A stretch of DNA of 13,645 nucleotides from a virus. Of the stretch, positions 1 to 7,582 are shown one piece after another; within the stretch, counting starts at the first letter, position 1; each line of letters opens with the position of its first letter. The DNA lies in the IMG/VR virus record IMGVR_UViG_3300010266_000139, positions 1 to 13,645 of that record. One strand, given 5' to 3'. Made by a program: the position numbers and the translations under genes. The notes under the pieces are model-generated. The model saw only the letters and a program-made list of their open reading frames with translations, did not search any database and was not told where the DNA came from.

Positions 1-123
1 AAGCCCGTTGTTATCGTGGACTATTTGCAGATTATCCGACCTATTGACCCTAAGCAGAACACAAAAGACGCTGTAGACGGGCATGTAAGAGCCTTAAAGA
101 AGCTGCAAACAGATAACGACTTA
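1..123 (+). repeat. Left copy of the exact 123-bp terminal overlap (circular-assembly signature)
   Basis: Read directly: aagcccgttgttatcgtggactatttgcag...gataacgactta occurs at both 1-123 and 13523-13645. Confidence 0.95.
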
Positions 124-489
124 GTATTAGTGGTTATAAGCAGCTTGAACCGGCAAAACTATCTTACCCCCGTGGACTTTGAAAGCTTCAAAGAAAGCGG
201 CGGCATTGAGTATACAGCCGATGTTATTTGGGGCTTGCAGCTTCAAATAATGAACGGGGATTTATTCGACAAAAAAGACAAGCTAAAGGAAAAGCGGGAA
301 AAGGTGAAAGCTGCAAAGCTTGAAAACCCCCGCAAAATAGAGCTTGTTTGCCTAAAAAACCGCTACGGCAAAAGCTCTTATTCCTGTGGGTTCAAATACT
401 ACCCGCAATTTGATTACTTTGTGCCGCAATCAGATTTTGACGGCTTTACAGAGGTAGACGACGCAGACAACCCCTTTACACGGATATAA
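1..489 (+). CDS. C-terminal 162 codons of the same primase-helicase (wrap-around continuation), not an independent gene
   Basis: Frame 1 is open from base 1 (KPVVIVDYLQII...), and base 1 is equivalent to 13523, which is in phase with the ATG at 12050. The RecA-like helicase C-terminus reads VLVVISSLNR...IELVCLKNRYG. The GVG start at 16 in the ORF track is internal. Confidence 0.85.
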   Translation, partial: KPVVIVDYLQIIRPIDPKQNTKDAVDGHVRALKKLQTDNDLVLVVISSLNRQNYLTPVDFESFKESGGIEYTADVIWGLQLQIMNGDLFDKKDKLKEKREKVKAAKLENPRKIELVCLKNRYGKSSYSCGFKYYPQFDYFVPQSDFDGFTEVDDADNPFTRI

Positions 490-494
490 GCCCC

Positions 495-531
495 GGGGCG
501 TGCCGCAATGGTGCGCCCTATTATTTTGCTT
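495..531 (+). terminator. Putative intrinsic terminator after the primase-helicase gene
   Basis: GGGCGTGCC (496-504) pairs with GGTGCGCCC (510-518): 9 bp including 2 G-T wobbles, with a 5-nt loop, followed by TATTATTTTGCTTTTC. Confidence 0.55.
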
Positions 532-558
532 TTCATGTAAACATATAAAACAGAGTAA

Positions 559-587
559 TTGACAAAACACGGGTAACATGATATTAT
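559..587 (+). promoter_or_regulatory. Sigma-70-type promoter for the portal-to-capsid operon
   Basis: TTGACA (559-564), a 17-nt spacer, and an extended -10 TGaTATTAT (579-587). The spacer and -10 (GTAACATGATATTAT) are a degenerate copy of the shared box GTAAACATGATAATA. Confidence 0.6.
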
Positions 588-620
588 CTATGTGAACGAG
601 TTTACAGAAAGGGGCTTAGC

Positions 621-1823
621 ATGGCTATTTTAGACCGGCTCTTTAAGAAACAGAGTAAAACCGCCGTTGCTACAGCGGCGCAGATGATAAACGAGCCCAC
701 AGGGGTATTTACCGCCTACAACGGCGATGCTTACAGCAATGATATTTACCGTGGTGCTGTAGACGCTATAGCCCGGAATATCGGCAAGCTAAAGGGCGGG
801 CACGTTATTAAGTATGCAGACCATGACAAAATAGAGGGCGATTGCAAACTAAATAGGCTCTTACAGGTGCGCCCAAATCCTTATATGAGTGCCTACGACC
901 TGTTATATAAACTTGCTACGCATTATTACTTGTACAATAACGCCTTTGCGCTTTTAGAGCGTGACAACCGGGGCGAACTTACCGGCATTTACCCGGTAAC
1001 GTGTACAAGCGTGCAAATGCTTACAGATGCCCTAAACAATCTGTATTGCCTTTTCTACTTCAAAAGCGGTAAACAGGCTCTATTGCCCTACCGTGATATT
1101 GTCCACCTACGCCGCAACTTTAACAGCGACGACCTTTTAGGCGACGACAACGCAGCCTTATACCCGGCTTTAGAGCTTGCGCACACGCAGAACGAGGGCA
1201 TTATATCGGGTATCAAATCCGGGGCGAATATCCGGGGCATTTTGAAGTATACGCAGATAATGAGCCAGGAAAAGCTGAAAGAAGAAAAAGAAGCCTTTAT
1301 TGCCGATTATCTGCAAATCAGCAACGACGGCGGCATAGTGGCTATTGACCAAAAGGCAGAGTATACGCCGATTGAAAGCAAGCCGGTAATACTTACCGCC
1401 GACCAAACACAGGAAGTAAAAAAGAAAATATATGATTATTTGGGAATATCAGAAAACATTGTAAACAGCAATTACAATGAAGATGAATTTGCCGCCTTTT
1501 ACGAAAGCACAATAGAACCCTTTGCCGTGGCTCTAAGCATGGAATTTACAGCAAAGGTATTTACCGACCGTGAACAGGCTTTCGGCAACTCTATCATGTT
1601 TGAAAGCGGGCGGCTACAGTTTACAAGCAATGCAACCAAAGTAAACCTTATCAAAGAAATTATGCCTTTGGGCTTGCTTTCGATAAACCAAGCTTTAGAG
1701 ATTTTGAACCTACCGGCTATACAGGGCGGGGAAAAGAGACTACAAACGCTTAACGTTGTGGACGCAGACAACGCCTTAGCTTATCAGCTGCACAAAGCCG
1801 GGGAAAGAAACGGCGACCAATGA
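621..1823 (+). CDS. Phage portal protein, HK97 family
   Basis: 400 aa, the typical size for HK97-type portals, and placed immediately upstream of the prohead protease and major capsid genes. RBS AGAAAGGGG lies 6 nt upstream of the ATG. Confidence 0.85.
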   Translation: MAILDRLFKKQSKTAVATAAQMINEPTGVFTAYNGDAYSNDIYRGAVDAIARNIGKLKGGHVIKYADHDKIEGDCKLNRLLQVRPNPYMSAYDLLYKLATHYYLYNNAFALLERDNRGELTGIYPVTCTSVQMLTDALNNLYCLFYFKSGKQALLPYRDIVHLRRNFNSDDLLGDDNAALYPALELAHTQNEGIISGIKSGANIRGILKYTQIMSQEKLKEEKEAFIADYLQISNDGGIVAIDQKAEYTPIESKPVILTADQTQEVKKKIYDYLGISENIVNSNYNEDEFAAFYESTIEPFAVALSMEFTAKVFTDREQAFGNSIMFESGRLQFTSNATKVNLIKEIMPLGLLSINQALEILNLPAIQGGEKRLQTLNVVDADNALAYQLHKAGERNGDQ

Positions 1824-2044
1824 CGCAGCAAGCAAGAGTATTGCGCTATATGCGGGAATACGGCAGCATAACGAGCCTTGAAGCTTTCCGGGATTTAGGC
1901 ATAACACGCCTAAGCGGGGTTATATTCGACCTACGCAAAACCCATGCTATAGGCTCTACCACAGAGAACAGCCGCAACCGATACGGCGAAAAAACGAGCT
2001 ACAGCCGGTATTATCTTGCAGACGAAAAGAGGGCGGCACAATGA
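1820..2044 (+). CDS. Small winged-helix/HTH DNA-binding protein (HTH_39-like pattern)
   Basis: 74 aa. VLRYMREYGSITSLEAFRDLGITRLSGVIFDLRK...NRYGEKTSYSRYYL matches the small phage wHTH pattern (ITxxEA..LGIxRLsxrIxdLRk...NrxGxx..yxrYxL). It has ATGA overlaps with both the portal stop (1820-1823) and the protease start (2041-2044). Confidence 0.6.
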   Translation: MTQQARVLRYMREYGSITSLEAFRDLGITRLSGVIFDLRKTHAIGSTTENSRNRYGEKTSYSRYYLADEKRAAQ

Positions 2045-2613
2045 AAGAAATCAGAGTAGCAGAAATAAGAGCAGCTGCCCCGGCAGGGGCAGAAAGCCTT
2101 GTTTTAGTGGGTACGCCGATAGTATACGACACGCCCACAACGATACATGACCCGGCAGGGGAATATATCGAAATCATACAGCGGGGCGCACTTGACGGCG
2201 CAGACCTTAGCGACGTGAGATTATTTTACAATCACGACCTAAGCAAAGTGCCCCTTGCCCGTACACCCCGCACAATGCAGCTTGAATTGACCCCGGCAGG
2301 GCTTGAAATGAAAGCGGCATTGCCCGACACGGCAGAAGCCCGGGCGGTTTATGAAGCGGTAAAGCGTGGCGACCTTAGCGGCATGAGCTTTGCTTTTACT
2401 GTGAACGACGGCGGCAGCCGGTACGATGCACAGACGAACACCCGGACAATTACCCGCATTGCTAAGGTGCTTGAATGTTCTGTAGTGCCTTTTCCCGCTT
2501 ACCCTACGGCAAGCGTAGAAGCCCGGAACGAGCGCAGCGCAGGGCTTAGAACCTTAGCAGCACGAAAGCAAGCTAAAAGGCTTGTAAATCAGATTTTGAA
2601 AGTGAGGATATAA
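2041..2613 (+). CDS. HK97-family prohead maturation protease (peptidase S78/U35)
   Basis: 190 aa with the catalytic-region motifs LFYNHD and LSGMSFAF. Located between the portal and major capsid genes. Confidence 0.9.
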   Translation: MKEIRVAEIRAAAPAGAESLVLVGTPIVYDTPTTIHDPAGEYIEIIQRGALDGADLSDVRLFYNHDLSKVPLARTPRTMQLELTPAGLEMKAALPDTAEARAVYEAVKRGDLSGMSFAFTVNDGGSRYDAQTNTRTITRIAKVLECSVVPFPAYPTASVEARNERSAGLRTLAARKQAKRLVNQILKVRI

Positions 2614-2617
2614 AACC

Positions 2618-3862
2618 ATGAAGTTTAAGACCGTTGCGGAAGCTTTCAACTTCTACCGCACAAAGGAAGTTGCAGAAATGGAACGCAGAGCGCAGGAAAT
2701 CGGGCACATTATCGACACCGACGAAAACGCCGATATTGAAGCCCTTAACATCGAGCTTAGGGGCATTAAGGAAGCCCGGGAAAACATCGAGCTTAGAAGC
2801 TCTAGCCCGGCGCAGGGGCTTAACGTCATTACCGGCATGAAAACCGAGCCGCAGGGCAAAAAGACCTTTGGCGACGACGTTTTAGACACCCCGGAATACC
2901 GCAGCGCATTTTATAAAAGCCTTTTGGGGCAGGGAATGACCGAAACCGAAAAGGCGGCTTATGATGCGGGTATGAAGCTTTCCGAAAAGAGGGCAGATGC
3001 CTTTATCAGCTCTACAGATGCCGTTGCCGTCATTCCTACGCAGACGCTTAACGAGGTTATCAAGAAAGCCCGCACTATGGGCGGCTTGCTTTCCGAGTGC
3101 CGCAGCTTTGCGCTTCCTACTAAAATTTCTGTGCCTGTGGGTACGCCGAGCAATAAAGCTGCATGGCACACCGAGGGCGCAGCCGTTGACGCTGAAAAGG
3201 TAGTACCGACCGCCGTTACTTTCGACGGGTACGAGATTATCAAAATCTTTGCTATCAGCGCAAAAGCCCGCCGCATGAGCATTGCCGCTTTTGAAAGCTA
3301 CCTTGTAGACGAGCTTACAGCGTGCGTTATGGAATGTATCGCAGATGCCCTTGTAAACGGCACAGGCAGCGCACAGGGTACGGGGCTTGAAGCCGGTATT
3401 ACATGGGTAAAGACCGGCACGGGCAAAAACGCCGTAGAAATCGCCGCAAATGGCAGCTTTACTTATGCTAAAGTCGTGGAAACTATCGCTTTGCTGAAGC
3501 GTGGCTATTCCAACGGCGCAAAGTGGGCTATGAACAATGCGACCCTTTACAATGTGTTCTACGGCATGACCGATACCACAGAACGCCCCGTATTTATCGC
3601 AGACCCGAAAGCCGAGGGCGTGGGCAAAATCTTAGGGCATGAAATCATCATTGATGATAACATTGCCGATAACGTCGTTTACTTTGGCAACTTTGCTAAG
3701 TACATGGCTTACAATATGCCCGAGGGTATCGCCGTTGAAGTGAGCCGGGAAAGCTCTTTCCGTAAGGGGCTTATTGATTACAGGGCTCTTGCTATCGCAG
3801 ATTGCAAGCCGATTGTAACAGAAGCCTTTGTAAAGCTCTATAAGGCAACGTCTAACAGCTAA
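2618..3862 (+). CDS. Major capsid protein, HK97 fold, with an N-terminal delta/scaffold-like coiled coil
   Basis: 414 aa. The N-terminal ~110 aa are charged and helical (EMERRAQEIGHIID...ELRGIKEARENIELR), followed by a capsid-like body. Position directly after the protease is canonical. Confidence 0.88.
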   Translation: MKFKTVAEAFNFYRTKEVAEMERRAQEIGHIIDTDENADIEALNIELRGIKEARENIELRSSSPAQGLNVITGMKTEPQGKKTFGDDVLDTPEYRSAFYKSLLGQGMTETEKAAYDAGMKLSEKRADAFISSTDAVAVIPTQTLNEVIKKARTMGGLLSECRSFALPTKISVPVGTPSNKAAWHTEGAAVDAEKVVPTAVTFDGYEIIKIFAISAKARRMSIAAFESYLVDELTACVMECIADALVNGTGSAQGTGLEAGITWVKTGTGKNAVEIAANGSFTYAKVVETIALLKRGYSNGAKWAMNNATLYNVFYGMTDTTERPVFIADPKAEGVGKILGHEIIIDDNIADNVVYFGNFAKYMAYNMPEGIAVEVSRESSFRKGLIDYRALAIADCKPIVTEAFVKLYKATSNS

Positions 3863-3894
3863 GCAGCTTACAGCGACCGCCTAATAGCTAACGA

Positions 3895-3937
3895 GGGGGT
3901 GCAGGGTGCAATAACGCCCCTGTGCCCCTTTACTTTT
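3895..3937 (+). terminator. Putative (probably leaky) intrinsic terminator after the capsid gene
   Basis: GGGGTGCAGGG (3896-3906) pairs with CCCTGTGCCCC (3918-3928): 11 bp including 2 G-T wobbles, with an 11-nt loop, followed by TTTACTTTT. Confidence 0.55.
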
Positions 3938-3956
3938 GAAAGTGAGGTAATAGAAA

Positions 3957-4241
3957 ATGCTAACTTTAGCGCAAGCCTGTAATATTCTGCACGTTGACGA
4001 GGGCAACAACGACGAACTTATAAGCAGCCTTATTTATGCTATCCCGGATTACATCGAGGTAACAACCGGCATGAACGAAGAACAGCAGAAAACAGAACCG
4101 CTTGTAGAAACGGTAAGCGGCTTTATTCTTACGCTGTGGTATTACAGCGACCACAGCGACGATATAAAGCTACAGCGCACAATAGACAGCCTGTTAAAGT
4201 GTATCACGCTGAAAGTGCAGCGCAGCACGGGCACGGCATGA
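3957..4241 (+). CDS. Head-tail connector / adaptor (gp6-like, SPP1 gp15-like, Phage_connect_1-type)
   Basis: 94 aa. The N-terminus LAQACNILHVDEGNNDELISSLIYAIPDYIEVTTG follows the classic connector pattern (lrvd..dDdeli..li.aA..yie..TG). Confidence 0.7.
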   Translation: MLTLAQACNILHVDEGNNDELISSLIYAIPDYIEVTTGMNEEQQKTEPLVETVSGFILTLWYYSDHSDDIKLQRTIDSLLKCITLKVQRSTGTA

Positions 4242-4597
4242 AAGAGTATGCACGGGGCTTTTACGGCTCTAAGGCGTGGCACGATGTAAGCCGCCTGTAT
4301 ATGACAAGTAAGCATTATGTATGCGAACGTTGCGGGGGCGTGGGCGTGATATGCCACCACAGGCGATATATAACGCCGTGGAACGTGAACGACCCGGCTA
4401 TAACTCTAAGCTTTGATAATTTAGAGTGCCTTTGCCAAGAGTGCCACAACCAAGAACACAGCGCAAAGGTAAGCCGGGCGATATTCGACGAAAGCGGCAA
4501 CATGATAGGCGCACAGGATAGCGCAGAGGTAAGAGAATACAAAAAAGCCTGTGAAGCTATCGAGCGCATGAAAAACGACCGCACAGAAAGCCCGTAG
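4238..4597 (+). CDS. HNH endonuclease (packaging-associated, cos-type systems)
   Basis: CERCGGVGVICHHRRYI...NLECLCQECHNQEH gives a Cys4 plus H-N-H signature. I chose the start at ATG 4238 because it forms an ATGA overlap with the connector stop; the track start at 4136 lies inside the connector gene. Confidence 0.85.
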   Translation: MKEYARGFYGSKAWHDVSRLYMTSKHYVCERCGGVGVICHHRRYITPWNVNDPAITLSFDNLECLCQECHNQEHSAKVSRAIFDESGNMIGAQDSAEVREYKKACEAIERMKNDRTESP

Positions 4598-4649
4598 AGC
4601 CGTTTTAGCGACCGGGCAATATAAAAGTACCCTTTGCCCCTAAAATCGC

Positions 4650-4680
4650 TTACAGGGGCGTTTACGGGGCTTACAGGGGG
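4650..4680 (+). repeat. Three direct TTAC(A)GGGG repeats upstream of the recombinase gene
   Basis: TTACAGGGG at 4650-4658, TTACGGGG at 4662-4669 and TTACAGGGGG at 4671-4680, spaced about one helical turn apart. The last copy overlaps the RBS region of the 4687 ATG. Confidence 0.5.
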
Positions 4681-4686
4681 TATAGC

Positions 4687-5235
4687 ATGAATTACGTTGA
4701 ACCGATAAGGGATAAAACCACAGTACAGGACTTAGCAGACTACCTAAAGGACGTACACGAAAAGTATTACATCATGTACATGATAGGAATATACAGCGGG
4801 CTTAGAATATCCGACATCTTAAAATTAAAGGTGCGTGACATCCGGGGAAAGTCTGAAATAAAGATAAGGGAAAAGAAAACCGGCAAAGAAAAGCTTTTCC
4901 CTGTAAATGCAGAGCTTGAAAAGGCTATAGCTGCATACTGTGAGGGCAAGAAAGATTATGAATATGTTGTACCGAGTGCCCGGGCGGTAAACAAAGCTGT
5001 AAGCCGTGAATATGCTTACAGGGTAATACACGCAGCCGGGGAAGCTTTCGGCTTAGATAACTTAGGCACGCACACAATGCGCAAGACCTTTGGTTATCAC
5101 TTCTACTTGCAGACGAAAGATATTGTATTGCTAATGCGGATATTTAACCACAGCGACCAAAGCAAAACGCTTAGGTATATAGGCATAGAACAAACCACAA
5201 TAGACGCTGCAATGAGGAAATTTAGCTATAAATAG
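4687..5235 (+). CDS. Minimal tyrosine recombinase (catalytic domain only; integrase or Xer-like resolvase)
   Basis: 182 aa with the full catalytic set in order: R in SGLRISD, K in EKKTGKE, H-x-x-R in THTMRKT, H in FNHSD, and Y in LRYIG. There is no sizeable N-terminal core-binding domain. Confidence 0.8.
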   Translation: MNYVEPIRDKTTVQDLADYLKDVHEKYYIMYMIGIYSGLRISDILKLKVRDIRGKSEIKIREKKTGKEKLFPVNAELEKAIAAYCEGKKDYEYVVPSARAVNKAVSREYAYRVIHAAGEAFGLDNLGTHTMRKTFGYHFYLQTKDIVLLMRIFNHSDQSKTLRYIGIEQTTIDAAMRKFSYK

Positions 5236-5243
5236 CGGGTACA

Positions 5244-5361
5244 ACTTCACATAGTTTAGCAACGTGAACGGGGCAAGGCTCAAAGGGGGCAAAAGTGCCG
5301 ATAATATAAGGCTTTGCGGGCTATGCGGATTACTTCACACAATGTTACATATATGAACGGG
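5244..5361 (+). repeat. Two copies of a bipartite direct repeat ACTTCACA-N13/14-TGAACGGG in the recombinase-terS intergenic region
   Basis: Copy 1 is 5244-5251 plus 5265-5272. Copy 2 is 5332-5339 plus 5354-5361, 88 bp downstream. Read directly from the sequence. Confidence 0.6.
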
Positions 5362-5532
5362 TAACAGAGGTAAGCACGGTAAGCCCGAGAAGTGAACCCA
5401 CAGAAAGAAAGCCGCCGAACACCCCCCGGGGTGCGCTGTTCTGTTAGGGGCTAAGGCACCGGCGGGGGTAGGTAAGAAAACCCCTACAGGGTAAAACCGA
5501 GGGGCGGGGGGCTATCCAGTAAGCAAGTATTA

Positions 5533-5561
5533 TGCTATAATATGTGTAAACATGATAATAC
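5533..5561 (+). promoter_or_regulatory. Extended -10 promoter for the terS-terL-head-closure operon, carrying the shared box
   Basis: GTGTAAACATGATAATA lies at 5544-5560. The extended -10 is TGaTAATAC (5553-5561) and the -35 is weak (TGCTAT, 5533-5538). An alternative perfect TATAAT sits at 5536-5541. Confidence 0.5.
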
Positions 5562-5585
5562 TTGTAATAGAAATGAGGTTAGATA

Positions 5586-5921
5586 ATGGCACGAAAAAAG
5601 CACGTTGCCGAACTTGAAGCGATATTAGAGAAAATCCCCGAGGATAAGCAATATATAGGGCGCAAGCTCATAGATGAACTTATTTTCATGGATGAAACAC
5701 TAACGACGCTGAAAAGGAAAATCAAAGAGAACGGCACAGAGGAAGAATTTATACAGGGCAAGCAGCAATTTACCCGGGAAAGCACAGCCCTAACGAGCTA
5801 CAACAAAACTATACAGCGGTACAGCACGCTTTATAAGCAGCTTACCGACCTAATGCAGAAAAGCCCGGAAGCGCAAAGCAGCAATGCGGTATATGACTTT
5901 CTGAAAGCGGGGAAAGCATGA
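5586..5921 (+). CDS. terS: Terminase small subunit (P27-family-like)
   Basis: 111 aa, helical, immediately upstream of and overlapping (ATGA at 5918-5921) the large terminase. The ...IGRKLIDELIFMDETLTTLKRKIKENG... region is typical of small P27-type TerS proteins. Confidence 0.7.
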   Translation: MARKKHVAELEAILEKIPEDKQYIGRKLIDELIFMDETLTTLKRKIKENGTEEEFIQGKQQFTRESTALTSYNKTIQRYSTLYKQLTDLMQKSPEAQSSNAVYDFLKAGKA

Positions 5922-7564
5922 ACTATATAGAGCTTTACTTACAGGAAATTCAAAAGGGGCATTGCATCGTATCTAAGCGGGTGCGCCGGGTATATGAACA
6001 GCTTGTAGCCGATATGCACAACCCTAACTGTGGGTACATCTTCGACCAAAGGAAAGCCGAACGCCCTATAGAGTTTATAGAGACGTTTTGCAAGCACTCA
6101 AAAGGCGAATGGGCGGGCAAGGCGGTAAAGCTTGAACTATTCCAAAAGGCTTTTATATCGGCTCTATTTGGCTTTGTGTGTGAGCCCACAGGGTATAGGC
6201 GGTTTAGGGAAACGCTTTTCTATGTAGCCCGGAAAAACGGCAAAAGTACCATGCTTAGCGGCATTGCTCTTTATTGCCTTATCGCAGACGATGAACCCGG
6301 CGCAGAGGTTTACAGCGTGGCAAGCAAGAAAGACCAAGCCCGCATTATCTTTGATGAAACCTTAAACATGGTAAAGCAAAGCCCCGACCTTGTGAAAGTA
6401 GTTAAAAAGCGCAAGAGTGATTTATACTTTGGGCTTACCTTTTCAAAGATGCAGCCTTTAGGCAAGAACAGCGATACTTTAGACGGCTTGAACAGCCATT
6501 TAGTAATAATGGATGAGCTGCACAGCATTAAAGACCGCAACTTATACGAGGTAATGAAGCAGAGCCAAAGCGCAAGGCGGCAACCCCTGTTAGTGATGAT
6601 TACGACGGCGGGCACAATCCGGGAATGTATCTTTGACGATATGTACAAGTATGCTTGCGGCGTAGCAGACGGCACAATAAAAGACGACGGCTTTTTACCT
6701 ATCCTGTATGAGCTTGACGCTAAAAAAGAATGGGTAGACCCTATGCAATGGGAAAAAGCAAACCCCGGCTTAAACCGCATAAAGAAGCTTGACGACCTTA
6801 TAGCAAAGGTAGACCGGGCAAAGAACAGCCCCCGAGACTTAACCGGGCTATTGGTTAAAGACTTTAATGTAATTCAAACTGTGGGTACAACGTGGCTTAC
6901 TTTCGACGATATAGACAACCCGGAAACTTTCGACCTTGCCCGCTTTAGGGGCTCTTATGCCATAGGCGGCGCAGATTTGAGCATTACCACAGATTTAACT
7001 TGTGCAACCCTTTTGCTTATGGATAAGCAAGAAAAGCGGTATGTAACGCAAATGTATTGGTTACCGGCAGATAACTTTGAACAGCGGGTAAAGGATGAAA
7101 AAATACCCTATGACAAATGGTTAGAAGCAGGGCAACTAAGGCTTTGCGCCGGTAATTCTATCAATTACAGCGACGTTACAGCATGGTTTTTAGAAATGGT
7201 TTACACCTACGAAATAACGCCCGCATGGATTTATTACGACTCTTACAGCGCAAAATATTGGGTACAGGAAATGCAAGACCACGGCTTTAATATGGTGCGC
7301 TGCATACAGGGCGCAAAAACGCTTTCTTTGCCTATGCAAATGTTAGGCGCAGACTTGAAAGCGAAAAAGGTAAACTACAACAATAGCAGCTTGCTTAAAT
7401 GGTGCATGACTAATACCGGCGTGCAAGAGGATAGGAACGGCAATATAGTACCGATAAAGGCGCAAAGCCCTAAGTACCGTATAGACGGCTTAGCAAGCCT
7501 GTTAGACGCTTATGTAGGCTTATACGAGCATTACAACGAATATAAAGACACGGCAACCGTGTAA
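5918..7564 (+). CDS. terL: Terminase large subunit (Terminase_1-type ATPase plus nuclease)
   Basis: 548 aa. Contains GEWAGKAVKLELFQKAFISALFGF, Walker A ARKNGKST and Walker B-like LVIMDELH, followed by a C-terminal nuclease-length region. Confidence 0.92.
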   Translation: MNYIELYLQEIQKGHCIVSKRVRRVYEQLVADMHNPNCGYIFDQRKAERPIEFIETFCKHSKGEWAGKAVKLELFQKAFISALFGFVCEPTGYRRFRETLFYVARKNGKSTMLSGIALYCLIADDEPGAEVYSVASKKDQARIIFDETLNMVKQSPDLVKVVKKRKSDLYFGLTFSKMQPLGKNSDTLDGLNSHLVIMDELHSIKDRNLYEVMKQSQSARRQPLLVMITTAGTIRECIFDDMYKYACGVADGTIKDDGFLPILYELDAKKEWVDPMQWEKANPGLNRIKKLDDLIAKVDRAKNSPRDLTGLLVKDFNVIQTVGTTWLTFDDIDNPETFDLARFRGSYAIGGADLSITTDLTCATLLLMDKQEKRYVTQMYWLPADNFEQRVKDEKIPYDKWLEAGQLRLCAGNSINYSDVTAWFLEMVYTYEITPAWIYYDSYSAKYWVQEMQDHGFNMVRCIQGAKTLSLPMQMLGADLKAKKVNYNNSSLLKWCMTNTGVQEDRNGNIVPIKAQSPKYRIDGLASLLDAYVGLYEHYNEYKDTATV

Positions 7565-7582
7565 GAAAGTGAGGGCTAAACA

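Noticed and set aside
1-123. The terminal 123-bp repeat read as a biological direct terminal repeat or LTR of a linear genome
   Set aside because: It lies in the middle of a helicase domain and restores a single continuous ORF when collapsed. That fits an assembler overlap on a circular molecule better. Physical end mapping would be needed to exclude a true DTR.
16-489. The 157-aa ORF in the track, starting at GTG 16, read as a stand-alone gene
   Set aside because: The frame is open from base 1, and base 1 is equivalent to 13523, which is in phase with the ATG at 12050. The ORF is the C-terminal part of the wrap-around primase-helicase, not a separate gene.
2107-3149. An identical 13-mer, GTGGGTACGCCGA, in the protease (2107-2119) and capsid (3137-3149) genes
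   Set aside because: Both copies encode V-G-T-P in frame. By my rough estimate about one identical 13-mer pair is expected by chance in 13.5 kb, so a single pair is not evidence of a functional repeat.
2634-3203. + strand alternative-frame ORFs inside the capsid gene (2634-2840 and 2997-3203)
   Set aside because: They are embedded out of frame in the major capsid CDS. Their translations are basic and low in complexity (RRRLTRLSRK...), they have no RBS, and I see no slippery sequence to suggest programmed frameshifting.
4136-4240. An upstream extension of the HNH ORF (track start ATG 4136)
   Set aside because: It overlaps the last 106 nt of the confidently called connector gene in another frame and adds no recognisable domain. 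The ATG at 4238 gives an ATGA stop/start overlap like four other junctions in the element.
5400-5520. A possible tRNA or tmRNA in the GC-rich structured block
   Set aside because: I could not fold a cloverleaf. There is no GTTCRANYC T-loop-like sequence and no acceptor/T-arm geometry. I kept it only as an unspecified structured region within the cos/attP finding.
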